DNA of 63,204 nt, counting the filler, from Catajapyx aquilonaris (Eukaryota), in NCBI GenBank assembly GCA_000934665.2. It is 3 parts of 3 records of this genome, joined end to end, with 100 filler letters (N's around TTAATTAATTAA, not from the genome) between each part and the next. Parts side by side here need not be neighbours in the genome. Positions count along the whole stretch, not along the records: positions 42,193 to 63,204 come from JYFJ02006164.1; 2 more parts are not named here. One strand, written 5' to 3'. The notes under the pieces are model-generated. The model was given only the letters and a program-made list of their open reading frames with translations, searched no databases and was not told the origin of the DNA. Shown here one piece after another: positions 42,617 to 53,436 of this stretch. A program made the translations under genes and the position numbers. Numbering within the stretch: position 1 is the stretch's first letter; each line of letters opens with the position of its first letter.

Positions 42617-44321
42617 CCCCTTTCCCCCCCAGCTACCTAGAATCTAGGTGATGAGAACTTGACCGTGGAGTACCAGCAATACCACCATCGCCTACATTCT
42701 TTTCGCTTCCATCCCACTTGCAAATAAGAATAGATATTTTACAAATAATAACAGCTATACTTTTACATTCATGCTCTACACTCTACAGAATGCATGTGTT
42801 GGAAACAATTTTACTACTCATATAGAAGTCCCCAAATTAATTTCCAAAAAGACAGCCGCACAGTATACCCGCTATATTTCCATTGCCTAGATTTTCCCTC
42901 CTGTTCAACTTACAAGTACTCTGAAGTAAGGGCAAGATATTTTACGAATAGTAAGAGCTATACTTAACCTTTCATGAAAAATACAACGTATGTATTGGAC
43001 ACAATTTTCCTCGTCTCTAAGTTCGTAAATTAATTTCCAAAAAGACCGCTGTAAAAGATGGAAATCCAAGTACAGTGAAACCTATGTATAGCAGAATCGC
43101 ATGGGACCCCAAAAATTTTCCGTTATGGACAGGTTTCCGCTATAACCAGATCATTTTTTTTTGCTCCCTAGAAAGAGAGGCAAATAGGGAGATTAAAAAT
43201 AAGCACCTTACCTCAATATGGTGCAAAATCCTAATTTTGCCTGCTCCATTGGACCATCAGCCCGGATTCGGGCAATATGTTGAACCCGTGTCAACCCCTT
43301 CCTCTTCCCCAACATAACTGGACTGAACCGTGAACTAAACGGCACCTGCGAGTCACATGAGTCACATCTTCTTGACCCGTCCCGAAAGCCGATTTTCGAG
43401 TTTCTCAACCAAAAGTAGTCCCCCCCTCCTCACCCTTTATCTTCAAGGCCACAGGCCATAGCAATTCCAGAAATTACTACACACACGTGTTCCAAAAAGG
43501 GTTACTCAGAGGCCACCTGGAATTGCCGATAGTGAACCCGGCTGTAGTTTCTATTTTTGTGACTCGCAGGATATAATGCGAACCTTTTGATTTCCGTTAT
43601 GAACAGGGATTTTCTCTGAAGGGAGTCAAAAATCCCTTCCATTTCCGCGTTGGGCAGCTTCCGTTATATCCGTCAAAAAATACATTGTATGCCCTATGTA
43701 TATGCCCGTTCCCTGAAAAAAATTTGGTAATAGATAGGTTTCTGCTATATCCAGGGTCCGTTATGAGCAGGTTTCACTGTACTACCCGCCAACTATTAGG
43801 CTGATTTAATAATTATGAAATTCTTTTAAATACACTAAATCACAAATTTGAGAACCGCGTCAGAGAAATTTGCGGAAATTGTTGTACTCTTCGAGAAATA
43901 AATTTATACTTACCTGCGACTTGCCTGTCACTTTGGAAAACTCCCAAATTTACTTATTTCTCGAAAAGTACGACTATTTCAGCAAATTCTTCTGACACGC
44001 TTCTCAAGATTGTTATTCTGTATATTTTAACGTATATCATAATTAAGTCAGCCTAACAGTTGGCCGGCAGTACTCCAATTTCGAGTTTTTACAGAGATCT
44101 ATTTGAAAATTAATTTAAGGACTTCTATAAGAGGAAAATTGTTTCCAACACATTCATAGTGTTTCCCACAAATCGGTAAGTATAGCTGTTATTATTCGCA
44201 AAATATCTTGTTCATATCTTCAGCACACACATAAACGGAAAACTAGGCGATGGCAGGCATAGCTGGTACTGCGTGGTCGAGTTCTCATCGCCTAGATTCT
44301 AGGTGGCTGGGGGCGAAAGGG
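42617..44321. mobile_element. Non-autonomous piggyBac-type foldback element
   Basis: TTAA flanks at 42613-16 and 44322-25 with CCC...GGG termini (cccctttccccccagctacctagaatctaggtgatgagaactt / agttctcatcgcctagattctaggtggctgggggcgaaaggg). Inverted similarity continues through most of the element. Confidence 0.85.
43073..43779. mobile_element. pogo/Tigger-type MITE nested in the piggyBac-type element
   Basis: TA-CAGTGAAACCT ... AGGTTTCACTG-TA with repeated ccgttat subterminal motifs. It interrupts the left arm at a site that is empty in the right arm. Confidence 0.85.
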
Positions 44322-44639
44322 TTAAGAAAGTGATAAATTCTTGAGGAATACATGGGGTCTCAAAAATATAATTATAGTATATTCCAAGGTCATTCTATTA
44401 TAGTCAAAAACAGTAACCTAGGATGTGCTGACACTGCACAGACATTTCATTTCATTATCATCATCACATTTTCCCTACATGGGGTAGTCAGTGATAAAGG
44501 AGACACAAGTTAACTCCACTTATTAACTAGAACTACATTCATATCAAACCAATTTTAAGAAATAAGGACTGTAAAAAGGGCACCTGTGCAAGTTGTACAT
44601 TGTTGTGCCTAACCTATACCTCCACGCAAAATTGCAGGG

Positions 44640-44845
44640 TTGGTTGATTGGGGGAGCCAAAGCAACTAAGGCTGGAGAGGGTGAGTGGTGAAGTGAGATT
44701 TTTGGACTGGAGAGGAAATGGGAGAACCCCGAGAAAACCCATGCACACATGGAGAGAACCTCTCCAAATTTTTTTCACGTGAGAATCCATTCTCTGAACA
44801 AGGGATTGAACAAGGGACCTCAGAGGTGGAAGGCTGTGACATTAG
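44640..44845 (-). mobile_element. Degraded tRNA-derived SINE related to the copy at 59013
   Basis: gagaggaaatgggagaaccccgagaaaacccatgcacacatggagagaacc matches the central domain of the 59013-59359 SINE. A degenerate B box lies at ~44800. Confidence 0.65.
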
Positions 44846-45106
44846 TCAATACACACTATGTTGCATGTAAAACTGCAAGCCAAAATGGCAAGCTGAACTG
44901 CTGACTGCTCTGTGGGCAGCCTGCCCTCCAAGCACAATACAACTAGTCACTTTGTGCAGAGGTCTGGGGTAGGCACATGTGGCTTGGAACTTTTGTGGGA
45001 TGCTCATTTTACTGCCCTTCTTATGCACATGGTGTAGCCAGTCCCCCTCCAGCTCACAATTCTTAGTGTCGAAAGTATGCATCCCCGATGGCATATAAAT
45101 ACTTAC

Positions 45107-45198
45107 CTCACCAAGTGCTTGGTACTCCTTGAAACATGGTGTCTGCCTGAGCATCCATTGGATATCAATGTTCACCTTCTCCTCACTCTGGCAATCAA
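45107..45198 (-). CDS. TMEM87A: TMEM87-like (GOST/lung 7TM family) coding exon 2
   Basis: ttgcag acceptor in phase 1, matching exon 1. Translates (V)DCQSEEKVNIDIQWMLRQTPCFKEYQALGE and ends at a gtaagt donor. Resembles the C...I.W.L...C..E motif of the TMEM87 luminal domain. Confidence 0.7.
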
Positions 45199-45479
45199 CT
45201 GCAATAATAAGATGTCATGAGATAAATAATTACAGTACTATGAGCCAAAGCAACCTATTACCATGGCATGCATAACCAAGGATGCTTTCACATTAAAACC
45301 TAAAGTGTCAAATGAAGCAACCATAATACACGCTGGCTATGCCAAGGCTATAGTAGCAAATGGTCAACAGGAGGCCAATAACACTACCCTGCAAAATTGT
45401 TTAAAAAGTCTAGCTGCAGCACAGGGTTTGATGGGTGACCTAACCTAATTCGAGCGTGCTGATTTCAATGACAGGAAGT

Positions 45480-46210
45480 CTCATCTCCAACAAAACATCC
45501 CCGGAAATAACATCCCCATCGGAGATGTCTCCAAGGAAAATATCTTTAAAATAAAACGCCCTGCCAGATATTTTTTTAAAGAACCATACTGTACCATCCA
45601 ATGCCCCATAGGCAGTACAGTGTTGGACATTAATCGAGGCATTCGAGGCACTGGTGGCTAGCGACATTTTCCGAAGCGGCAGAAGAAGGAATCGAAGATA
45701 AGGATACTGCAAGCGTAGCCTGACAACATGGAGTTCGACATTGTTGAGCTGTACACTTTAAAACTAGAGCATAGAAAGAACGAGCTAGAAATTCAGAAGG
45801 CAATAGTCGGAGTTGCAGCTGTCCATTCTTGGAAGAACTACAAAGCATGGACAGAAAGAATCCTCTGTCCATAGTGACAGACTTTGACAATCGCGATGTC
45901 GTCGACTAGCTTCGTAGCATTGCCCATAATTTTAATCTTGCCAATTAATTGCTCACATAATTATCATGTGCTGTGTTTTCCATCTTCTTACACTGACCTT
46001 TTATATTGACAGCTTTGTTAATCATCAGTGTAATTTTTATTTTGACAGCATGAAGATGCAAATTATATTGCACTAGATGACATGATTCTGTCTTTTCCTT
46101 GGGGAAATCCCCGATGGGGACGTAATTTGTCAGCCGGACGAATTCTCAGTGATGACATTTTTGGGGATGTTATGTCGGGGGATGAAAGTGGGAGGGATGT
46201 GGTATGGATT
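45480..46210. mobile_element. Degraded TIR element with acatcccc/ggggatgt subterminal repeats
   Basis: acatccccatcggagatgtctccaaggaaaa (~45510-45540) is inverted relative to ttttccttggggaaatccccgatggggacg (~46093-46122). Boundaries are uncertain. Confidence 0.45.
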
Positions 46211-46462
46211 CTTCGTTTTTCCCAATTTTGGCAATGGGTTCACTAGTCTCTAAATAAATCCCTACATGATTATATCTCTGCATAAATCACATAAATTCTG
46301 CTTATAATAAAATGGTAAGTTTCTATCCCTTTGGTATGTAGCCACAGGTGCCTGTAGTTAGCTTTGATGATTTCTTTGAAAAATATTTTATGACCCTAGT
46401 ATGCACTAGATGTGTCTTTCTGTGTTTACTCAACACTTATGGTATAATTTGGATGATTCAGG

Positions 46463-46810
46463 GAGGTGCAGTGGCCGAGCTGGTAACGGCTCCGCTTGCT
46501 GATCGAAAGGTCCCGGGTTCGTCCGCGCCTGGGATTTCCCTTTAGGCCGCGTCAGGAGGGTCTCTGACCCACGCCTTGGAGGTGTCTGGCAACCTAACCT
46601 CCTGGGGGACTGCACATGGTCCAGTTTTAGAAATTGCACTTGCGCCCGTGTCCCCTCCCCAAAAATCCCTATTCCCATGTCCCTTTCTCACTTGCACGGT
46701 GTTTCGAAGAAAATTCAGAAAATAGTGATGAAAAATTGTGGTATTCCACCCCCCTAAACGAGTGATGATTCTCCCAGTGGGGTAAGTACAATATAAAAAA
46801 TATAAAATAA
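46463..46810 (+). mobile_element. tRNA-derived SINE in TMEM87 intron 1
   Basis: Head ggaggtgcagTGGCCGAGCTGGtaa (A box) ... gGGTTCGTCC (B box), with an A-rich tail near 46790-46810. Confidence 0.65.
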
Positions 46811-47807
46811 TTAGGATTAGATTAAGTGCTTTATTTATTATTCAATAATGTTCATTGAATGTAATTGTAGTGCATAATCCATTATCACTACAAGAACATT
46901 GTATGTGATTCAGAAAAATGGAAAGCAGATCTGAAGTCAGTCCACTCAAATGAGGGTAGGTCACCCACAAAAGTTCGTGCTGCAAATTCACTGCAGGGTA
47001 GTGTAATCCAGCCCAGCCCCTGCAACTTACAGCCTAGCCTTATGGTGACAGTTGTGAACTTAGAGAGTCTCCGCCACCCTTGATTTGGTACTGGCACAGC
47101 TCAACAGTCATCGTACGATTCGGGCAGATGCCTTCTGAACCAACCCAAACTGTCCTTTCCACAGCAGCTGGGTCTGGAGGGCATTTGCAGACTCGCTTGC
47201 CAGCCACCTGAATTGTAAGATGGCCATGGTGCGTCACCAGCGCCAAATCCGGGGTGGCGGAGACTCTCTAAGTAACTACCGTATCGTAGGAGTTGCATGG
47301 GGCTGATCCAGCCATTCAAATTTGCACTTTAGTTGTATTTGCTTATCAGATTTAATCTTCATATCACTGGAATGTACAACCTTTAGATTGGTTTAGTTGG
47401 GGGATCCAAAGTAACAACAGGCTATCTGGCATAAAGGAGGGAGACAAGGGATGAGAGGTTTTTAGACTGTAGGAGGAAACAGAACCCTTAAAAAGCCCAC
47501 ATGGAGAGAATGTCCTAAAATTCTTTCCACTGGCTTGCAGGTAAAACATGGGACCTCCCAGGTGGGAAGCTACAACGTTAGGCACTACACCAACACTACC
47601 CCCTCCTTGGATTGGTCTCAAATCATAAGATACACTACCATGTACTTGTAACAAAGCAATAAAATGCAGCTGGGAATTAATTGTAATAACTCCAAAGTTG
47701 CACCTGAATGATGGACACCTCAGCACACTGTCTAATGCCCATCCAAATTTACAAAGCAGACTGTCAGAACACAGACACATCTAACTGCATATACATAAGG
47801 GACTAAC

Positions 47808-48027
47808 CCCTGATCTTGATGTTGGAGCCCTTGTAGAGGCTCTTATGTGCTCCAACGTACACGTCCCCGTTGTCTGCAGCAGTTGCATTGATGGACCAAA
47901 TCCCCTGCTCAGGGTAGGCATCCACGCCAGTTGCCAGTAACAAAGCGCATATGATGACCAAGGTACCGGACACGATCCCAGAAAGGTCCGGCCTTTTTGT
48001 CCGTCCTTGTTCTGTCCCAGTCATCAT
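47808..48027 (-). CDS. TMEM87A: TMEM87-like coding exon 1 (signal peptide and start of luminal domain)
   Basis: MMTG...LVIICALLLATGVDA|YPEQGIWSINAT...HKSLYKGSNIKIR, then a G|gttagt donor. The 220 nt (73 codons + 1) splice in frame to exon 2. Later exons were not found before the linker. Confidence 0.7.
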
Positions 48028-48328
48028 TCCAGCACCGAAGGTCGTAGTCTGCGAACTACGCACATGTGCGATGCAGGTGGCTGGCTGGTTGGGTCGACTG
48101 TGGGCGAGAGAGAATATGAGTCGACTGACCCAATCTGCACTATACAGTACAAGCGGTCAGCTCCGGCGACAGAAGGTAGTACGAATGATGCACTCCGATT
48201 AGGCAGCTGACACCAGCACACATGACAGGCCTACACCTGGCTGAGTTGTACTTGCAGTGTTCTCCTGTTTTGCAGCGACGGATGTGGTGGCGCTGACGCT
48301 GACGGCGCGGCGCCTGATTGCCTTCTGA

Positions 48329-48344
48329 CCGACAGATGGCGCTG
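48329..48344 (+). promoter_or_regulatory. Candidate CTCF-like site upstream of TMEM87
   Basis: CCGACAGATGGCGCTG contains the CAGATGGCGC core. Motif match only. Confidence 0.3.
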
Positions 48345-48390
48345 GTAGTAAGGAAGGGTGCACCCTAAGGGTACTATACTAAGGGTACAC

Positions 48391-48420
48391 CAAGGTTGGT
48401 ATATTACTATACTAACCTTG
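48391..48420. mobile_element. 30-bp palindromic mini-element or excision footprint with 8-bp TSD
   Basis: gggtacac-CAAGGTTGGTATATT ACTATACTAACCTTG-gggtgcac. Arms are 13/15 complementary and the TSD is 7/8 identical. Confidence 0.6.
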
Positions 48421-48449
48421 GGGTGCACGGACTAGATGGAAGGCCGGTA

Positions 48450-48962
48450 TAGTAGGAATCAGATCATAATAAACTTTTGAAAAAGTGGAAGGGTTGTAAA
48501 TTGCAACAGTGCAAGGTTTAGGACCGGACGGGAAAGAGGAGGGTCACTCTCAGATTAGGACGACCTATATGTCGAAAACCTATATTTTCCTACTTGATTC
48601 GTATCAGGCATGTCACAAATAGGCCACGTGCATGTAAAGAAAAACTTGATGTGCAGATGAAAGAATTTCATTTCGTGGCCTATTTGTGACATGCCTGATG
48701 CGAATCAAGTATGAAAATATAGGTTTTCGACACCTTAGAATTCATATTTGCTGTCAAAAATGCAAAAAGAGTCACCCTTAAAAAATTCATCAGCTTATTT
48801 TTGGAGCCTCACTTCGCCAGCTGGTACAAGCCCGAGGCGAGGACCCGGTCGTCCTAATCTGAGAGTGACCCTCCTCTTTCCCGTCCGGTCCTAAACCTTG
48901 CACTGTTGCAATTTACAACCCTTCCACTTTTTCAAAAGTTTATTATGATCTGATTCCTACTA
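48450..48962. mobile_element. TA-flanked MITE with ~115-bp TIRs and an internal second hairpin
   Basis: 48450-48565 is the reverse complement of 48847-48962. An internal inverted pair lies at 48570-48628 and 48674-48732. Confidence 0.9.
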
Positions 48963-49110
48963 TACATTCGAATTCTAAACACGTAGATCCATATTTAAAT
49001 GTCATTATAAACCAAACTCGCAAATAATTAAATTGCAATTACCACGTATAGTATTTAGATATAAAAATACAACTAACTTGACAAATTGCATTTCTAAGTT
49101 CATTACGGTA

Positions 49111-49293
49111 CGGGCCGTTTTCTCGAACAGTGGTTCAAATGTAAACCCGGTTCAAAGCCGGTTTAAACCCTTGACAACAGCCTAACAACAATCAAATCAG
49201 GGATTAAACTGGCTTTGAACCCGGTTTACATTTGAACCCCTGTTCGAGAAAACTGCCCGTAGGGCAGTTTTCTCGAACAGGGGTTCAAATGTA
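49111..49293. mobile_element. PIF/Harbinger-like MITE followed by a partial tandem copy
   Basis: gggccgttttctcgaacagtggttcaaatgtaaacc ... ggtttacatttgaacccctgttcgagaaaactgccc (to 49258), then gggcagttttctcgaacaggggttcaaatgtaa again. Confidence 0.75.
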
Positions 49294-49556
49294 ATTTTTA
49301 TAGTTAATGAGTGACGCATGTGTATGTTAAACCGTATTTATCTGCCGTATGGGAACTCCTACAAGTTCTCTAATATTGTACCAGACTACCAGGTCTTCAC
49401 AATTATTGCATTGGGAATCAAGTGCCAAACATAATAAACGGCCACGCAGTTTGCAATTGGCAAAAATATTAATGTTTCGGTCAAATACGGTTCCGCATTT
49501 CAACATTTTCTTTCATCATCATCATCATCATCATCATCACGGCGTTTCCCAAACAG

Positions 49557-50030
49557 CTAGATATGGTGGGGTTGCCAGCGGATATTGAGGAGGAGGTCCT
49601 CAATATCCTCGTATGGCCTGGTCAGACGTCAGACTCGCAGATAATAAAGGGGGAGATACAACAGATTGCCGACAGGTCAGACTATGCTGTGATGTTGACT
49701 TCGGCGGTGTCCCAGGTGACGTCCACCAATAACAAAGGACGGGCAAGGCAGGAGGACCATCTCATTGCTGAGTTGTTGGCACCACCAGACCAAAACCCAT
49801 CCCGTCGCCGTGCATGGGACGAAGGAGGGCAGCAAAACCTCCAGGCTTCCGGAATAAGGAACGCCTTCTACTTGCCGAATGTAAAGGCTAGGCTCCAACA
49901 ACATTTCCTTTGCCTGCGAATATCGTGATTGCCGTTAGAAATATCGCAAGCAGTTTTAAAGTTCAGGCTCACAGTACCTTACTCACGATGTTAATGGTCC
50001 TTTTCTCGCACTTCGGAAGTCCTTAATTGG
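49557..50030 (-). pseudogene. Putative spliced minus-strand gene remnant, product unknown
   Basis: Canonical 73-nt intron at 49986-49914 (gtgagt...ctaac...cgcag). ATG at 49904 gives ~111 codons only after removing two tandem duplications and reading through one TGA. A competing 121-aa plus-strand ORF (49563-49928) overlaps it. Confidence 0.35.
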
Positions 50031-50169
50031 ACACACAAAAAATATCCCCCATATTAAAACTGTCAAAGGCATCGCGGCATAGGCTAATTACGCATAGGCC
50101 TATATCAAACTGGCAGGATTCAGTTGCCTACTATTTAGTCATTATGACACCCGTGATGACACGGTATGT

Positions 50170-50262
50170 TCAAGCGGCCATTTTGTCTTTTCGAACACAC
50201 GTGACGTCATGCAAGGCTTGCGTCATGTCACCGACGCCCAGCCTAGGCTACGTCACTTCCTT
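50170..50262. promoter_or_regulatory. Housekeeping-type, possibly bidirectional promoter
   Basis: YY1 GCGGCCATTTTG (50174-85), overlapping E-box CACGTG and CRE TGACGTCA (50198-209), and half-CRE/ETS TACGTCACTTCC (50249-60), about 100 bp upstream of the YPEL5 ATG. Confidence 0.6.
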
Positions 50263-50363
50263 TTCGAACGTTCTGGAAGCATCGGGAAGCATCCTCCCCC
50301 GTTGTGTGGACGTTCTGTGATCCCGATTATTTTTAATTTTTGTCACAAAAGCAGGCTGCAGGA

Positions 50364-50669
50364 ATGGGAGTCGTATTTCTGGAACACATGGGTGGGAAAA
50401 TTATCTATGACTGTGTCTCCTGCAAGGCAAACCTGAGTAACAGAGATCAGGTCATAAGCACCCGGTTCCAAGGGGGTAATCACTCGACTGAAAAGTGTAC
50501 ACTGGAGTACCAAATTCAAGGAGTACCACGGAGTAATAAAGAGTGAGGTGCCTGAGGAGTACCAGGGAGTACCACTTCCAGCAGTGTGATTATACCCCCT
50601 TGCCCGGTTCACTGGGACCACCGGACCCGTTTACATCATGTTCGACCGAGTGATCAACCTCACTTTCGG
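50364..50669 (+). pseudogene. YPEL5: Yippee-like (YPEL5-type) first coding exon, disrupted and 3'-truncated
   Basis: MGVVFLEHMGGKIIYDCVSCKANLSNRDQVISTRF[insertion]TGTTGPVYIMFDRVINLTF, then a gtatgt donor. Matches the Yippee CxxC and ISTRFTG.TG motifs. The second CxxC exon was not found. Confidence 0.85.
50469..50602. mobile_element. 134-bp MITE with 8-bp TSD (hAT or P superfamily) inside the YPEL5 exon
   Basis: TSD CCCGGTTC at 50461-68 and 50603-10. TIRs caagggggtaatcac / gtgattatacccccttg. Internal ggagtacca repeats. Confidence 0.9.
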
Positions 50670-51535
50670 GTATGTTGAAGATATACACTACACTTTTCTG
50701 TTGGTAGCTCTGTATATTTTCTGCAGCAAGATTAGTACAATGCTGTAGGCTACACGTTTGTAAAGGACTTGAGTTTGCCAGTGCATGAGGCAGCAGGTGC
50801 GCATTCACAATTAGTTCTGTTCCACCTGTGTGTCAATAGGTTTCACTTGGGGTATAGGTATACGGTATACCTAATACCTATACCCCAAGTGGTCCATATA
50901 TGGACCACTTGGGTTATGGTTATGGGACAGCAGGGGTGCCGATGTTATTCATCAAAAGATTTCAGTTCTAGCAGAATACAATATATTGAATCTTGATTGA
51001 ATTGGCAGCTAATAGGACGAGGTCCTATGTCCACCCTCATTCACCCTGGACATGGGCCCTTGTTCTATCGGGTGATAGTTACAATGATCTATGATCTATA
51101 TGCCTGGTAAATTCCATCACAATGCAGAGGCAAAAGCGAAGTCCCTGTTTCCGGCGGTGCGTGAGTCGACCAGCACCAGGCTGATGTACACACGTTATTT
51201 CTGTTCATGGGGTCGGTCGTCATGTGCTTGATGCTCACGCCTCAGGTGCAGGAGGAGATTTATGAGGAAGGTGGAGGATGGTCATTGACGAGGCATGGGC
51301 CGTGGCTGATGATGATGATGATCGTTGCAGGTTCCGCACTTCAACACGACGTGTACCCTGCTGCATGTGGGGACCAACTGCGACCTGCTTGTTGGATACA
51401 TGGCCGGCCGTGTACAGAGTGGCCTTTGTCATGGCAGCCTTCTTCCTGTGTATGGCTGCTGCCACGATAGGTAATGATCATGTTTAATTACCCCTACCAG
51501 TATGTACTCTTACACTGCCATGTTTCAGGCGTAGC

Positions 51536-52885
51536 CAGTGCCGGATTTACGTATAAGCTAAGTAAGCTTTAGCTTAGGGCCCCACTCTCTTAGGGGCCCC
51601 CAAAAAATGTAAAGGGTAGAAAGAAAAATAGGACCTAAAAACAAATAACTTCAATTAAAACCTACGGACAGTACAGGATACAGCAATGTAGTGTAATGTT
51701 TGTATACAAAGTACTTATACAATGAATCATGATAAAATTATACAGTTGAATGGGTATTGGGTAGATGCATTTAATGTAATTAGTCCTGTTAATTTTTTTT
51801 TATGTGCAGGCGTGTATAGTATTGGTATTGTTTATGAATGTGACATATTATTAGAAATATCGTCTTTTACAGTTACACACACTCACTAACAAGTCGTGTA
51901 ACTAACAGGTGTAACAGCTAACAGGGTACGATGAGGTACAATGGTCTGATGTCCCAATGAACAGTGTGGACCACTATGGACCTATGGTGATATTGATACC
52001 GTATTACCTCTCATATTGCGGCACGCTCGCTGGTATAAAACGAGGTCGACCAGCATGCCGGTATAACCCAAGGGTGGCCGGCATGCTGCAATATCCGAGG
52101 TAGATTTCCTTAATTTTGATCCTTGACAAAAATTTTGGAATGCATTTGGTACTGTACTAAAATAATGGAGCTTGGCACTTTTAACTGAAAATGTTGCCAG
52201 GAAAGAACTTAACAATAACGATCTTATGGGAAATGTCAGGCAACAGAAGTGTCCTGGGCTGTATCCGCACCATAGAACATGGTGCAATGCATTCATTTGA
52301 GTAATAATAATTTTCACAGAGTTCGTAATAATGCCGTGGAGAACCTCGCCTTATACCGCCATACCTCGCTTAGACCGGCATGCCGGTATAGCCACCAGAT
52401 CTAGCATTTTTCAAAACTGGTCGACCTCGGTATTATATAAAATGCATGTATTGGTATTAACTACACTTGCATGGTACAGATTATAAAACTTAATTTCATA
52501 TTAATAAAGTTATGTCTCATTATTAGTAGCAAGAGCTCTTGTTAGTAGTTTGCATCATACATTTACACATATTATTACTTCCTGTTGTTACATATTATAT
52601 AACAGGTGTCTATAGCAGCGGTTCTTAAAGTGGGTTCTGTGGAAGGATCATCAGGGTTCCGCGAGTCAGAACTGCATAAACTTACTACTACTACCAAGAG
52701 CTCTTGCTACTACTACTACTACTTACTACAACTCTTATTTGAAACGCAGTTTGTTTAATTTGATCGTGTGATCAAGCAACTTAGTAAAAATTTGTTGTTG
52801 AAAAATGACAGTTGGACATATAGAGGGCGAAGGGCCCCATTACCTCCAGTAGCTTAGGGTCTCATCAAACCTAAATCCGGCCCTG
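51536..52885. mobile_element. 1350-bp non-autonomous hAT element in SERINC exon 3
   Basis: 8-bp TSD GGCGTAGC at 51528-35 and 52886-93. TIRs cagtgccggattta / taaatccggccctg. Subterminal agcttagggc/gggcccc motifs. Confidence 0.93.
52034..52437. mobile_element. Nested inverted-repeat element inside the hAT insertion
   Basis: tataaaacgaggtcgaccag ... ctggtcgacctcggtattata, with internal gcatgccggtata repeats. A Charlie-like end (cagcggttcttaaagtggg) follows at ~52616. Confidence 0.55.
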
Positions 52886-53436
52886 GGCGTAGCGACTTCC
52901 CGCGGCTGCCGAGCAGGTGCCCACAACGGCTACTGGCTGGTCAAGTTCGTCGTTTTGGTGATCCTGTGTGGACTAATGTTCAGCATATACCGTCGGAGGA
53001 GTTCAACAAGATCCAGTATGGTTGGATGTACGTTGCGCTGGTGGGTGCCTTCCTCTTCATCCTAATCCAGCTGCTGCTTCTGGTCGACTTTGCCCATCAC
53101 CTGACTGATCGATGGCGGGAGAAGGTCAGGGGTGGGGCCAGCTCATGCTTCTGGTACGGAGGTGAGTACAACTACTGTCGTGTTTTGTACGCAAACTAAT
53201 CCGTAATTGTTTCAGCAATGACATTCTGGCCCTGGTGTTCTTCTCCATATTCGTGGCCGTCACTGTCCTTATATACATATTACTTTGCGTCGGCTGAAGG
53301 CGGCATCACCGCCGGACTTGCCGTCATACGTAAGTTTATGCGTGTTCGTCTCAGTGTTGCCATCCACGCAAGAAAGTACAGGCGACTCCAGAGCCGGCTT
53401 TTTACAGAGCTCCTTAATCGCAGTGTACGTAATGTA

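Noticed and set aside
46463..46540. tRNA gene (also the head at ~59290-59357)
   Set aside because: A and B boxes are present, but there is no complete cloverleaf and both continue into SINE bodies.
47040..47780. 138-aa and shorter minus-strand ORFs in TMEM87 intron 1
   Set aside because: Exon 1 already splices in frame to the exon at 45198, and these ORFs show no recognisable homology.
50469..50610. YPEL5 MITE acting as an introner (GT at 50476, AGs at 50580-81 and 50583-84)
   Set aside because: Both splices keep the frame but leave an immediate in-frame TGA from the right TIR.
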